Shown: positions 12,838-25,100 of the stretch, piece by piece
Position numbering within the stretch: the first letter of the stretch is position 1
How the letters are laid out: every line of letters begins with the position of its first letter
Notes under the pieces: generated by a model
Told to the model about the DNA's origin: nothing
Seen by the model: the letters and a program-made list of their open reading frames with translations, nothing else
Databases searched by the model: none
DNA from: Octopus bimaculoides
Taxonomy: Eukaryota
Assembly: GCF_001194135.2 (NCBI RefSeq)
Contig: NC_068991.1
Span: 32,730,510 to 32,793,159, forward strand
DNA length: 62,650 nucleotides
Direction of reading: 5' to 3'
Made by a program: the position numbers and the translations under genes

Positions 12838-15689
12838 TGATGTGCACAAATGTTTTACATTTGGAATCAGTTTCCTTGATACCAGGTCACAAACAGTTTT
12901 CTTAGATATAGAGGACCTTTCTTACAATCCTTGTTGTTTCCAATAGAGCAGTTTTCTGAATTAATGCAACTCTCATAGTTGCATCAATCTCAATAAGAAA
13001 ACTGCTGAGTCTGTTGGTGATGGTAACTAAGGTGCCTATAACAACTGGGATTACTATTGTAGAATCCCACCCACCAGTCTTAGTATTTTCCAAGCCAAAT
13101 CCTGGTATTTTCTTATTTTCTTGTTCTTTGATCACTGCGTTCATATCTGAGATATAGCTACATCTATGATGATACACTTTTTTATGTCTTGTCCAGAACA
13201 ATAATATTTGGTCACCTTGCATGAAGTCTGTGATCAGTCTGTACATTAAAATCTCATAAGACTGGTCATTTGCTATTACACTTTCTAGTTGGTGTTTATA
13301 CCAGTTTCATCCTACTTTAAATCCTCTTTGCTGTAATATGTCCCAACGCAGTGCCTTGGCCACACAACTGTGTCTGTGTTTATACTACTTCAATGCCAAA
13401 GGACTACAGGAACTTATGTGCATTATAGATTTCTCTTTCTCATTACATTACTTTTATTACTTCATGAAAACTCTCAGTTTATATTGCTGGGTTTGATGGA
13501 AATTGTCAGCTGCCCAAACCCAGCAGATGAAGGAGACACTTTTTTATTGATCATGTTTCAGAAGCCCTGTGGTTCTTGAACTAGCAATCACTAGCCATTG
13601 TGTGGTGGTGGGAGGCCTAAATTTCAGAGTGGAGGATAAGATACAAGATAAAATCTACTTAACAATTTCTAGCTGAGTGTAAGTTGGTCAATGCAATGTC
13701 TGTAGGGAAGAAAAGGTTAGGTTAAGAAGATGGGGGAAAACATGAAAGGAATAAGAGAAAATATAAGTATATGGTTATAAATCAACTGGCTATAATGGAA
13801 TTCAGGCTTTAGCTGTTTGAGGGCAATGAGTGTGCTTTAGATGCACTGAGAGGCCCTGCTTGATATGCAGAAAAGGGGTAAGTAGAAATTCCATAAGGTG
13901 TACCCAGTGTAAGCTATGAACACATAAGAGGTGCAGTAGTATCAAAGGAAGGTTAACAGAGAAAGTAGTCTTTGTGTATGGCAGATGTGCATGTACAATA
14001 AACACTAGGAATGTACATTCATCAAATGCCTGGGGGATTCTTAGAAGTAGCAGACAGTTTCCATTACTATGTGACCAAGTCAGCAGTGGAAGAGGATGCT
14101 TTTAGAGCATAGTTGCTAGAGTAAAACAGGTTGGGCAAAGTTCAGGGAGCTTCTACCTTTGTTGATAGCAAAGGGGTTATGATGCCTGTGTATGAACAGC
14201 TCTTGCATGGCAGTGAAAGATGGGCTGTGACTGCAGAGGACATGTGAAGGTTTGAAAGAAATGAAGTTAGCATGCTTTGCTGGATATGCAATGTAACAAT
14301 GTTAGTGTGCACATATGATAGAGTGTAAGTGTCTTAAGAGAAAAATAGAGTATAAGAAACATCAGAGGTAGCATGCTAGAGAGAAAACTGTGCTGGTATG
14401 GTCATGTGATGTGTATGGATGGGGGACAGCAGCATAAAGAAGTGCTAATCTCTAACTGTGAAAGAGGTAGATCCAGAAAGACGTGGGATGAGATGGTGAA
14501 ATGTAATCTTCAGATGTTGAATCTCACAGAGGCAATGGCAAGAGACTGGGACTTCAGCCAAATTGCTGTGCCTGAGAAGACATGTCAAACTAAGCAAAAG
14601 TGTGATCATGACAAGTGCTGGTAACATGTGAATGGCACCTGTGCTGGTGTCTCATAAATGGCACTTGTGCTGATCCTATGTAAATGGTTAGTGACATGTG
14701 AATGGCAACTGTGCTGGTGACATGTAAAATGCACTCATATTGGTAACACATAAGAGGCACCCATACTGGTGACTAATTAGGTAGTTAGCTTAGATGAGAT
14801 GCAGTTTGGTGTTGTGCCAGGAATAAGCACTACTGATGCTATCTTCCTGGTGAAGCAACTGAAGAAGTATTGAGCCAAAAATAAACTTCTGTACTTAGCT
14901 TTTGTTGACAAGGAGAAGGCTTTTGATAGGATATCCCATCTCCTTGTCTGATGGGCAATGTGGAAGCTAGGAATAGACGAGTGGTTGGTGAGAGCTGTAC
15001 ATGCCATGTACAGGGATGCTGCTACTCTTGCCTTTATCTTGTCACCCAACCTTATCTTTCTCTACCTCTACTATTTCTAAACACTGCCCTACTGACTTTA
15101 CCCTTAAATATCCCTATCTTCCCATCACCTGTTCCGGCACTTCTGTTGTCGTGATTCCTCTTTCTCTCTGATCCATCCAGAGACACCTGAGCAAATGTAA
15201 AGAACCTAGTCTTTTGAGTATATTCTATACTTACAATTCTATCCCCACCAATACTCTCAACTATTTATTTCTGACCTTTCTGTTATCATTGTTCCATCTC
15301 CTATTCCCATTATCAGTCTATACATCTTAAGTTACTCAGCACTCTAGTGTTGGTGCCATGAGAAAGTGCACTCAATACATTCTGTAAAATTGACAATAAA
15401 AAATGCATCCAGTCATAGAAACCAAACCAAACAATACATTTGAGCTCCCAATAAGAATGACTTGGACTGTGATGAACTGCCCAACCTATGACAGTTTGGA
15501 AAGTGAATGTAAAATGATGACAGCATTACACACACACATTACTCACCTAAATTCTTTGTAGAAATTGTCTTTAGACCAACTAACTGAAGGGCTCCAGCAC
15601 CAAGAACCAACTGGCAGGTACGGGAATTGAAAGTCTAAAGAATGTAAGAAAATTATGTGGATCAATTTATTATGTTGGATGTCAAAAAA

Positions 15690-15720
<31 letters not shown>

Positions 15721-18700
15721 TAATGATTTCTTTATTAACCACATGGACTTCAAAAGATACAACAAAAATACAAAGATATTCATAGCTGTAACAGGTTATT
15801 TAATACATAGTACTTACTGATCATTTAGTACTAGACGTTGTTGCTTTGTCTTTGTTAGGTGTGGCTGGGGGAAAGGTTTAAGGGTCTCATGATATGTTCC
15901 TGATAATGAAGATGGGGTAGCTTTACTTACCGATACATGAGTTGTGTCTGGTTTTGTTTTAAGACCAACAACCTTCATGATTTGTTCATGACGTTGCTTT
16001 TATGTTGTGTGAAAAGTTGGTGAGAGCACATGCTTTCTATAGATCCTGGTTTCATAGATAGTTGCTATGTCTCTATCTTGGGACCTGAGGTCATTGAACA
16101 ACTGACTTTGAACCAAGCTGACCCCAGGTCACATACATTTATACAAGAAAGAGGAATGAAGCTAGTATGCTTTACTGGATGTGCAATGTCAGAGTGCAAG
16201 TGCGACAGAGCACTACAATATTGAGAGAAAAGTTAGGCAGGAGAGGAATTAGATGCAGTGTGCAAGAGATAAAACTGCACTGGTTTGATCATGTGATGTA
16301 TATGGATGAGAATAGTTGCATAAACAAGTGCTGATCACTTAAAATGAATGGAACTTGTAAAAGTAGGAGACCCAGGAAGATTTGTGATGAAGTATTGAAG
16401 GCTAATCTCAAGACACTGAGCCTTAGAAAGGAGATGACAAAGGACTGAGATATCTGGCACCTTGCTGTACTAAAGAAGACCAACCCACCACAGCAGAATT
16501 GAAATCCTAAAACTTGGTAATGCTTGTCTGTGAGGGGTTCTGCCTCAATCACCCCCATCCTCTCTTTCCCCCACCATTCATCCCCTAATACCCATCACTT
16601 CTCTATCACCTGATAGCAGAATAAGCACATACTATATTCCCCTGGCTTTCTCAGTTACCATTCTTCCCCATCCTAAACTGCTTCCATTTCTCATTATTTT
16701 TCTCCATCTAATCAACTCCTTTTTGCACTTTCTCCCACTGTGCTGTTCTCCACTATTAACACCTTGCTTATCTATTTTTAGTTTCAATGCCCTCTCATAT
16801 TTACTGCAATCCCCCACCTCCAAACCTCTCCTAGGTTTCTCTCCACTCTATCCCGCCCACTCACTCAATTCAAACATCTGTATCACTTCACCTATTCTCA
16901 CCACCCACAATGTCCCTTGAGGGCATGTCCCAACACATCTCTGCTATCATCTCTCTCACTATCACTCTTCTTATCTTACTCTCTAACTCCTTCTCCTTTA
17001 TAACTATGATGTCCATATATGTATAACAAGACACCTATCTCTGTCCCTCTATACTTTTAATCTCTCAACTGGTAAAATGTCTCCTGCCATACAACTCCCC
17101 ACTCCCAGTTGAAGGATTTTTGTTCTTTCCATCTTGCAAGGAACTTGGTGACTCTGTTGATGATAGTGCCACATAAAAAGCACCTAATACATTCTGTAAA
17201 GTGGTTGGCATTAGGAAAGACATCCAGCTGTAGGAACCATACTAAAACAGACAATGGAGCCTGCTATGGCTTCTATCCTAGCCAGCTCCTGTCAAACTAT
17301 CCAACCCATGTCAGTATGGAAAACAGGTGTTAAATGATGATGATAATAAACTCACTTTCAGAGTAACCATGTATGTTAGATAAGTAAATAGAGAGGTTAC
17401 CCAACTTGGTCTTTGAGAAGGGCTAGTGGTCCTGTCCTCTCATTAGTTTAGGAAGAATTTGTGAAAGGCCATCTTCAGGCTTAACCTAAAAAGCTCAATG
17501 TTCACAGGGTATTTTTTTAAGAGTGACATTTGTATCAAATTGAAGTAATAGTTCGTCTTAAGGAGTCTTTAACAAGAGTTTGTTGAAATCAATCCCAATT
17601 TATGAGAATGTTTTTGTTTTCTATGATTTCCTGCTTTAAATTGCTGTTGTTAATTTGAATAATCTGTAAAGTTGATGAGGGTTCAGCCTGTGTACTTGAT
17701 TGTATGTTTAGCTGTTGCTGTTGATTCTGTATTTTCTTTTCCTTTAAGAGCTTTTCTTGTAGTTGTGGTTATATTGATTATGCTGTTGTTGGAATTTTGG
17801 TGTTGATGTAGTTGGATGGTTTTAAGACAGTTTTTGTGTTGGTGGACCAGTGGATAAAAAGACCTCCCATGCTTGTATGAATCGCTGTTGTGGAATTACT
17901 GATTTCTGGTCTCCACAATTGCGGTTGCTTTTCTTGTTGGAGCTGTTTCCACTGCTGCTCAAGCAGTTGGGGATGTTGCTGTTCTTGTTGGTGTAGTTGT
18001 TGCTGTGGCTATGATGTTGGCTGCAGCGTGGACCTTCTTGCACTTCTACTTTGTTGTTGAAGGCCTTAAAGTGTGTGCTGCTCTTGTATATATGATATCT
18101 AGGTTTTCTAACTTTCACTATGACCAGCAATTGTGCCCCATGCAGCAATTCAATAAATTTGGACATCTTATCCAGGGTTTTTGCCTTTAACTGAATCAAA
18201 ATATCCAACCCAGTCATAGACCAATTTTTTACAATATTTTTTAATATCAAGCAAGATGACAAGACCATGCCATTTCCCTACAAATATCTTATTCTGATAG
18301 TGCATTTAATATTCTAACTTTTACCTCATGCCAACCAAGACATGTGAGAAAGAGCAAAAGGTCTTCGTATTTGCATTGGATGATAAAAAGTTTCTAAGGT
18401 AAGGTTTTGGTGAGTAATCTTCTGCACAGTTTTTGTAACTTAAGTTATTACCTGGTTCAAGTTACAAAATCTACATCATCCCATATTTCACTTACATATT
18501 TTCCCACTTGGATGTGTGTGACATTAAAAAAACCCATCAGTTTTTTATAGACACACCCCACTATATAACCATTTTTCTGGCAGTTCTTTTCATCAATTGT
18601 GAAGGGACTGCAAACTGAACTCTCCTGTTCCCTCTGCCAAGGAGTTTTTCAGGCTCCTATATTTGTCTTTTATGAAAACTTGTTCATACAACCTCATCAT

Positions 18701-21700
18701 TCCAGCAAAGGAGCCTGCTTTTATAGCTGCTGTGGTGGAAATGTTTGCATTATTGTTAGCGTTTTAGTTGTTATTGGTGGTGGTTGTGAATTTTCCAGGG
18801 GCTACAGTGAACATGGTACTGACAATGTCTGTGCTGGTAGAACTTTCAGGTAAATCGGAATCCTTATACAATCATATTGGGAATTATCTAAACGAATGTG
18901 TAACACAAAGTGTACTGGAATGGATAGTTGAGGGGTGAGCAACTTTGATAGTGAAAGTTCCATTGAAAAGGAAAAGCGGTAGGAAATTATTGACCAGTCA
19001 CTGCTTCAGTCTGTTGTGGAAGTTACAGACAGGCAAATACAATCATTTGATGCAGAATAAATTATTACCTACTGAACAAGAATAGTGTGGGAAATACTCA
19101 AAGGGTATCAAGGACCATCTAATCACTGACAAAATGATAACGAAGAACTGCAAGCAAAGACAGACTAATCTATGCATGATATGGATCAATTTCAGAAAAG
19201 CTTAAACATGGTGCATCGGTTACTTAGGATATTTAGCACAGCTGCAAAGCTTGTCCTCAATGCTAGCATGACACAGTGGAAAATAAACTTGATGGTGAAC
19301 ATAAAATCATTGAGAAGTGTATCCATTAAAAGAGACCCTTTCACCTCTTTGTTATTTGTTACTTTGTTATTTGTCATCTGAATGACACTTAAGAAAAGCC
19401 AGCATGGGTGAGAAACTAGGAAGAAATGCATTGTCTCTAAATTATCAAGTCTTCATGAATGACTTAAAGATACTTGCAAAGTTTGAAAAAACGGTAAATT
19501 CACTTGTTAATATACATTAATACAGTCAAGGTATATTGCAGAGACATTGGAATAGCATTTAGTATATCAAAATGCACCCATTTTAACAAGATAGACTATC
19601 AGAAAGGATGTTTTAACCTTATGACAATCTGTTGTGGTGAAAGTACAACACCCTCTGACGAGAATAGAAAATTGAAAAAGATGTTTCCTCAAGTACTATC
19701 AGAGGACTTAAGTCTATGTAAAAAGATTGAAGCTTACTTTCAAGTAAATGAAAACACTGTGCCTGTATTCAAATCTAAGAGAAAAGTACCATTCACAGCA
19801 ATTGAAATTATAAATGAACAGACTGGAAAAGAGTGGATTCATCAAAAAGGTGGATTACTCTAAGTGGGCAGTGCTCACGGTATGCGTTAAAAAGAAAAAT
19901 AAGATTAGGCAGTGTGCTGATTTCTCTACAAGATTGAATGACTGTTTAAATGACTGTTCAAATAGGAGAGGACTGAGAACTGAGATTTGAAGAACCCTTG
20001 CCTTCACACTAAATTTTTAGCTGGACTCATTGTTGATCCTAACCTTATCTAGTTCCCTTAGTGACCATAGAGCATGGCACCCTATCAAAGGCCTTTTCCA
20101 AGTCAACAAATGCCAGGTAAAATGGCTTATGCTTATGTAAGTATTTCTCCTGAAGTTGTCTCACTAGGAAGATGGCATCTGTGGTACCTCCTCTAGGCAT
20201 AAAGCCAAACACCTTTTCATCTAGGCTAATTGTGCTCCAGTTAATTGTACAATTCTCTGCATAACTTAGTTCACATTGATGCCTCTATGATTTCTTCTAA
20301 AGGATTTCCTTTAAACTTGTAGCAGTCAATATTTTGATCATCTCAGCTACTATCCCAAATGGGCCAGCAGCTTTCCCTGCCTCCATATCCTTAATACTTT
20401 GCCTATCATACAGATGTCAACTTGAACTGCTGGTTCCTCTATAGGCTCAGCATGTAGTAACCCCTCTTTATCCTATGCACTCTCCACATTCAACAACCTC
20501 TCATACTACCACTTTCATACCTCTTGTCATCAGTAGTAACATCAGGTGTACCTTTACATCATTTCAAATACATTTCTTCCCAATGACATTTTATTTCTTT
20601 CTGATACATTGTCTTGCAATCCTGGACACCTTAAAGGTGTCCTACATGACTTATATGGTTCTTATCAGCCTTTCATCCACTAGTTTCCACAGCAACCACC
20701 AGATCACAGAGTGAGGAACACTGTTAAAGGCTTTTTTCAGGTAAATAAATGCAAAGTACAATGGTTTACTCTTCACTAAATACTTCTCTAGTAGTTGCTG
20801 TACTATAAAGAGATCATCAGTAGAATTTCTTGAAACCAAACTCTATCTCATCTAGGCTAACTTTCTCCCTAATCAATTGAGCTATAACTCTTTCAGTGAT
20901 TTTCATGACCCAATCTAACCTCTGTAATTACTTCTCTCTAGGGCGTCTCCTTTACTTTTGTAACAGTTATCTATGCTGCTGCTACACTAGTCATTGGGCA
21001 TGATACCTTCCTGGACAATCTCATTTATATCATATGTAACTAGGCTATATCCCATTCCAACAGATAATTTGAGTATCAGAATGTTAACTCCTGATGTACC
21101 AGGGGCTTTCCCAGTTTTCATAACATTAATTGCATTGTCTATCTCATTGCTGTCAACAAAAATAGCTGTTACTTTCAATGGATTCACATTAGGAAGACTC
21201 ATTCTCCTATTCATTTTCCACATTTAGTAGCCTGTCATAGTAGCACTGCCATGCCTCTTTCTTTTCAGAATCACTAAGTGCAAGTGTACCATTATCCTTC
21301 TGTACACACATTTCTCCCAGATCTTGAATTTCTCTGATATACTGTCTTGCAATCTGAAATACATGCCTTTGGTCCTTATCTTGTAGAACACTGGTAAAGT
21401 TCTTCCTTTTTTTATCCTTTTCTTACTAAATAGACCAGTTTCCTAGTTCCTCTTCTAGCTACCTGGTATAGTTCTCTACTACTTCATTGTTCTTTCACCA
21501 TATTACCCTTGGCCATGCTGAAACTTTGCACCAGCCATAAATTTGGTCTTTAGCCCTCAGTAAGTTATCTCATAAAAAACTTCCAATTGTTCTTTATGCC
21601 AAATGCTTCAATTAGAACATCTCTCAATCTCTGACTGTTTGAAGGATCCTAAAGCTTCCATATCTTCCTTTTCCAAATTGGTTTGAGTCTCTGAGTTCTT

Positions 21701-22077
21701 CTTAGCACCAAGTCTAAAGACACTAGCTACTAGCCTTTTTCATCAGGAAAGGACTTTACATTCACAAGTATCTGCCTCTCTCATTTACCAATGAGAATAC
21801 AGTCCATTTGCCTAGTGTACCCACTAGATTGATAGGTAAGTTTCTGAAAAAATGTTTGTAAAAACCAGCTAGGAGATAGTGAATCAGTGAAACAAGTATT
21901 TATTGCTCCATGAAATATACTTTCCTTCAATCCTGCTAATTCTTATTGCCTTGTCATTTATTCCATTTCTGTCTGATTGATTGATTGATTGGTTGATTGG
22001 TTGATAGATAGATAGATAGATAGATAGATAGAGAGAGATAGACAGATACATGGATGGAGAGACAGTTATATCCATAT

Positions 22078-22117
<40 letters not shown>

Positions 22118-25100
22118 TCATCATCGTCGTTTAACGTCCGCTTTCCATGCTAGCATAGGTTGGACGATTTGACTGAGGACTGGTGAAACCAGATGTCTAC
22201 ACCAGGCTCCAATCTGATTTGGCAGAGTTTCTACAGCTGGATGCCCTTCCTAATGCCAACCACTCAGAGAGTGTAGTGGGTGCTTTTACATGCCATCGGC
22301 AAGAAGGCCAGTCAGGCGANNNNNNNNNNNNNNNNNNNNNNNNNNNNNNNNNNNNNNNNNNNNNNNNNNNNNNNNNNNNNNNNNNNNNNNNNNNNNNNNN
22401 NNNNNNNNNNNNNNNNNNNNNNNNNNNNNNNNNNNNNNNNNNNNNNNNNNNNNNNNNNNNNNNNNNNNNNNNNNNNNNNNNNNNNNNNNNNNNNNNNNNN
22501 NNNNNNNNNNNNNNNNNNNNNNNNNNNNNNNNNNNNNNNNNNNNNNNNNNNNNNNNNNNNNNNNNNNNNNNNNNNNNNNNNNNNNNNNNNNNNNNNNNNN
22601 NNNNNNNNNNNNNNNNNNNNNNNNNNNNNNNNNNNNNNNNNNNNNNNNNNNNNNNNNNNNNNNNNNNNNNNNNNNNNNNNNNNNNNNNNNNNNNNNNNNN
22701 NNNNNNNNNNNNNNNNNNNNNNNNNNNNNNNNNNNNNNNNNNNNNNNNNNNNNNNNNNNNNNNNNNNNNNNNNNNNNNNNNNNNNNNNNNNNNNNNNNNN
22801 NNNNNNNNNNNNNNNNNNNNNNNNNNNNNNNNNNNNNNNNNNNNNNNNNNNNNNNNNNNNNNNNNNNNNNNNNNNNNNNNNNNNNNNNNNNNNNTGGCTT
22901 GCTGGGTTTTCTCACGCACAACATTTGACAGAGTATCTACAGTTGGATGCCCCTCCCAAACGCCAACCACTCAGAGAGTGTAGTGGGTGCTTTTACATGC
23001 CATCGGCAAGAAGGCCAGTCAGGCGACACTGGCAACAGCCACCCTCAAAATGGTGTATTTCATGTGCCACCCGCACAAGAGCCAGTCCAGGAGCACTGGC
23101 AACGATCTCGCTCGAAAGTCCTTAGACATGCCGTGGGCACAAGTGCCAGAAAGGCGATGCTGGGCACAGGTGCCATCACAAATTCGCTTTCGCTTGCCCC
23201 AATAAGTCTTCGCAAGCTGAGTTTCGTGTCCAATTTAAACTCGATTTCGATTTCACTTGCCTCAACAGGTCTTCGCAAGTGGAGTTTAGTGTCCAATGAA
23301 GAAAGGTACACCTAAAGTGGACTAGCTAAGGCCTTAGATTTAGATCTCACTTGGCTTGCTGGGTTTTCTCACGCACAGCATTTGACAGAGTATCTACAGC
23401 TGGATGCCCTTCCTAAACACCAAACACTCAGAGAGTGTAGTGGGTGCTTTTACATGCCATCGGCATGAAGGCCAGTCAGGCGGTACTGGCAACGGCCATG
23501 CTCAAGATGCTGTATTTTATGTGCCACCTGCACAAGAGCCAGTCAAGGGGCACTGGCAACGATCTCGCTCNNNNNNNNNNNNNNNNNNNNNNNNNNNNNN
23601 NNNNNNNNNNNNNNNNNNNNNNNNNNNNNNNNNNNNNNNNNNNNNNNNNNNNNNNNNNNNNNNNNNNNNNNNNNNNNNNNNNNNNNNNNNNNNNNNNNNN
23701 NNNNNNNNNNNNNNNNNNNNNNNNNNNNNNNNNNNNGGTACTGGCAACGGCCACGTTCAAAATGGTGTATTTTATGTGCCACCCGCACAAGAGCCAGTCA
23801 AGGGGCACTGGCAACGATCTCGCTTGAAAGTCCTTACACATGCCACGGGCACAAGTGCCAGAAAGGCGACGCTGGGCACAGGTGCCATCACGATTTCGAT
23901 TTCGATTGCCCCAATAAGTCTTCGCAAGCTGAGTTTCATGTCCCAATGAAGGAGACGACGTTGGCATGTGTGCCAGTCGTCGAACTTAACTCGATTTCGA
24001 TTTCACTTGCCTCAACATGTCTTCGCAAGTGGAGCTTAGTATCCAATCTAACTCGATTTCGATTTCACTTGCCTCAACAGGTCCTCGCAAGTGGAGTGTC
24101 CAATTTAACTCGATTTTGATTTCACTTGCCTCAACAGGACTTCGCAAGTGGAGCTTGGTGTCCAATGAAGGAAGGTACGCATAAGTGGACTGGCTGAGGC
24201 CTTAGATTTAGGTCTCGGGATGGTCATGTTGCCAGTTTAGCCAATGGAAACACATGCACTATATATTTGGTGTTAATTTGCTTCAGCTTTATTTTATTTT
24301 TTACATTAATCGTATTTCGGCCAGAGTTCTTTCATCACACTTCTGTGACCTCATCAATGGTCCTTTGCTTTACTCTTTCTTATTTGTGTGTCTTCTTTAC
24401 TAACGATCAGCCATTTTGTATTTTGTATTCCTATTGTATGTGTCTTTATTTGCACATGCGTATACCCCTATGTGTGTCTATGTTTAGTAATTGCGTGTGT
24501 GTGTGTGTGTGTATGGCGAGTGCCTGTATTATCTGTATCCCCTATTTATACACATTTGTTTAATTTGCTTTTATTTATTTTGTTCGTGTGTTTATACTTT
24601 CTTCTTATTTTTTTTATTCTTTCTTTTTTTTTGTTTTTTTTGTATTTAATATAATTTTGTTAACGTATATAGTTATTTAATTCCATTTGTTTATCCGTGT
24701 ATTGTATTCTATTTTGTACATATTGTTATCAGTTTATGGGGATCTAATTCTGTCATATGTTGTAATGTGTTGGGGGTGTGCGCTAGTGTTCCATTCCAAT
24801 TTCCTATTCAGGCTAGGTTTATCTTCTATTATGTGTGTAGCTTCTGTAATTTGTCTAAGTATTGCGTTACCCAGATACAATAAACGGAATTGTTATGGCA
24901 GATGTCCCACTACCAGCGGAATTCAACAAGAACAACAAGGTGAACATCTATGAGGGAATAGCAACTGACTTAGATGAAAAGTCGGTACTTCAACTACCAA
25001 CAAAATATGCTGTCTATAATAAGGTAAATAAGATCTGATGCCTCTCTGAAATTGAAAAGTCATTTACAAAAATACCTTGGAATTTAAACATGTACAACAA

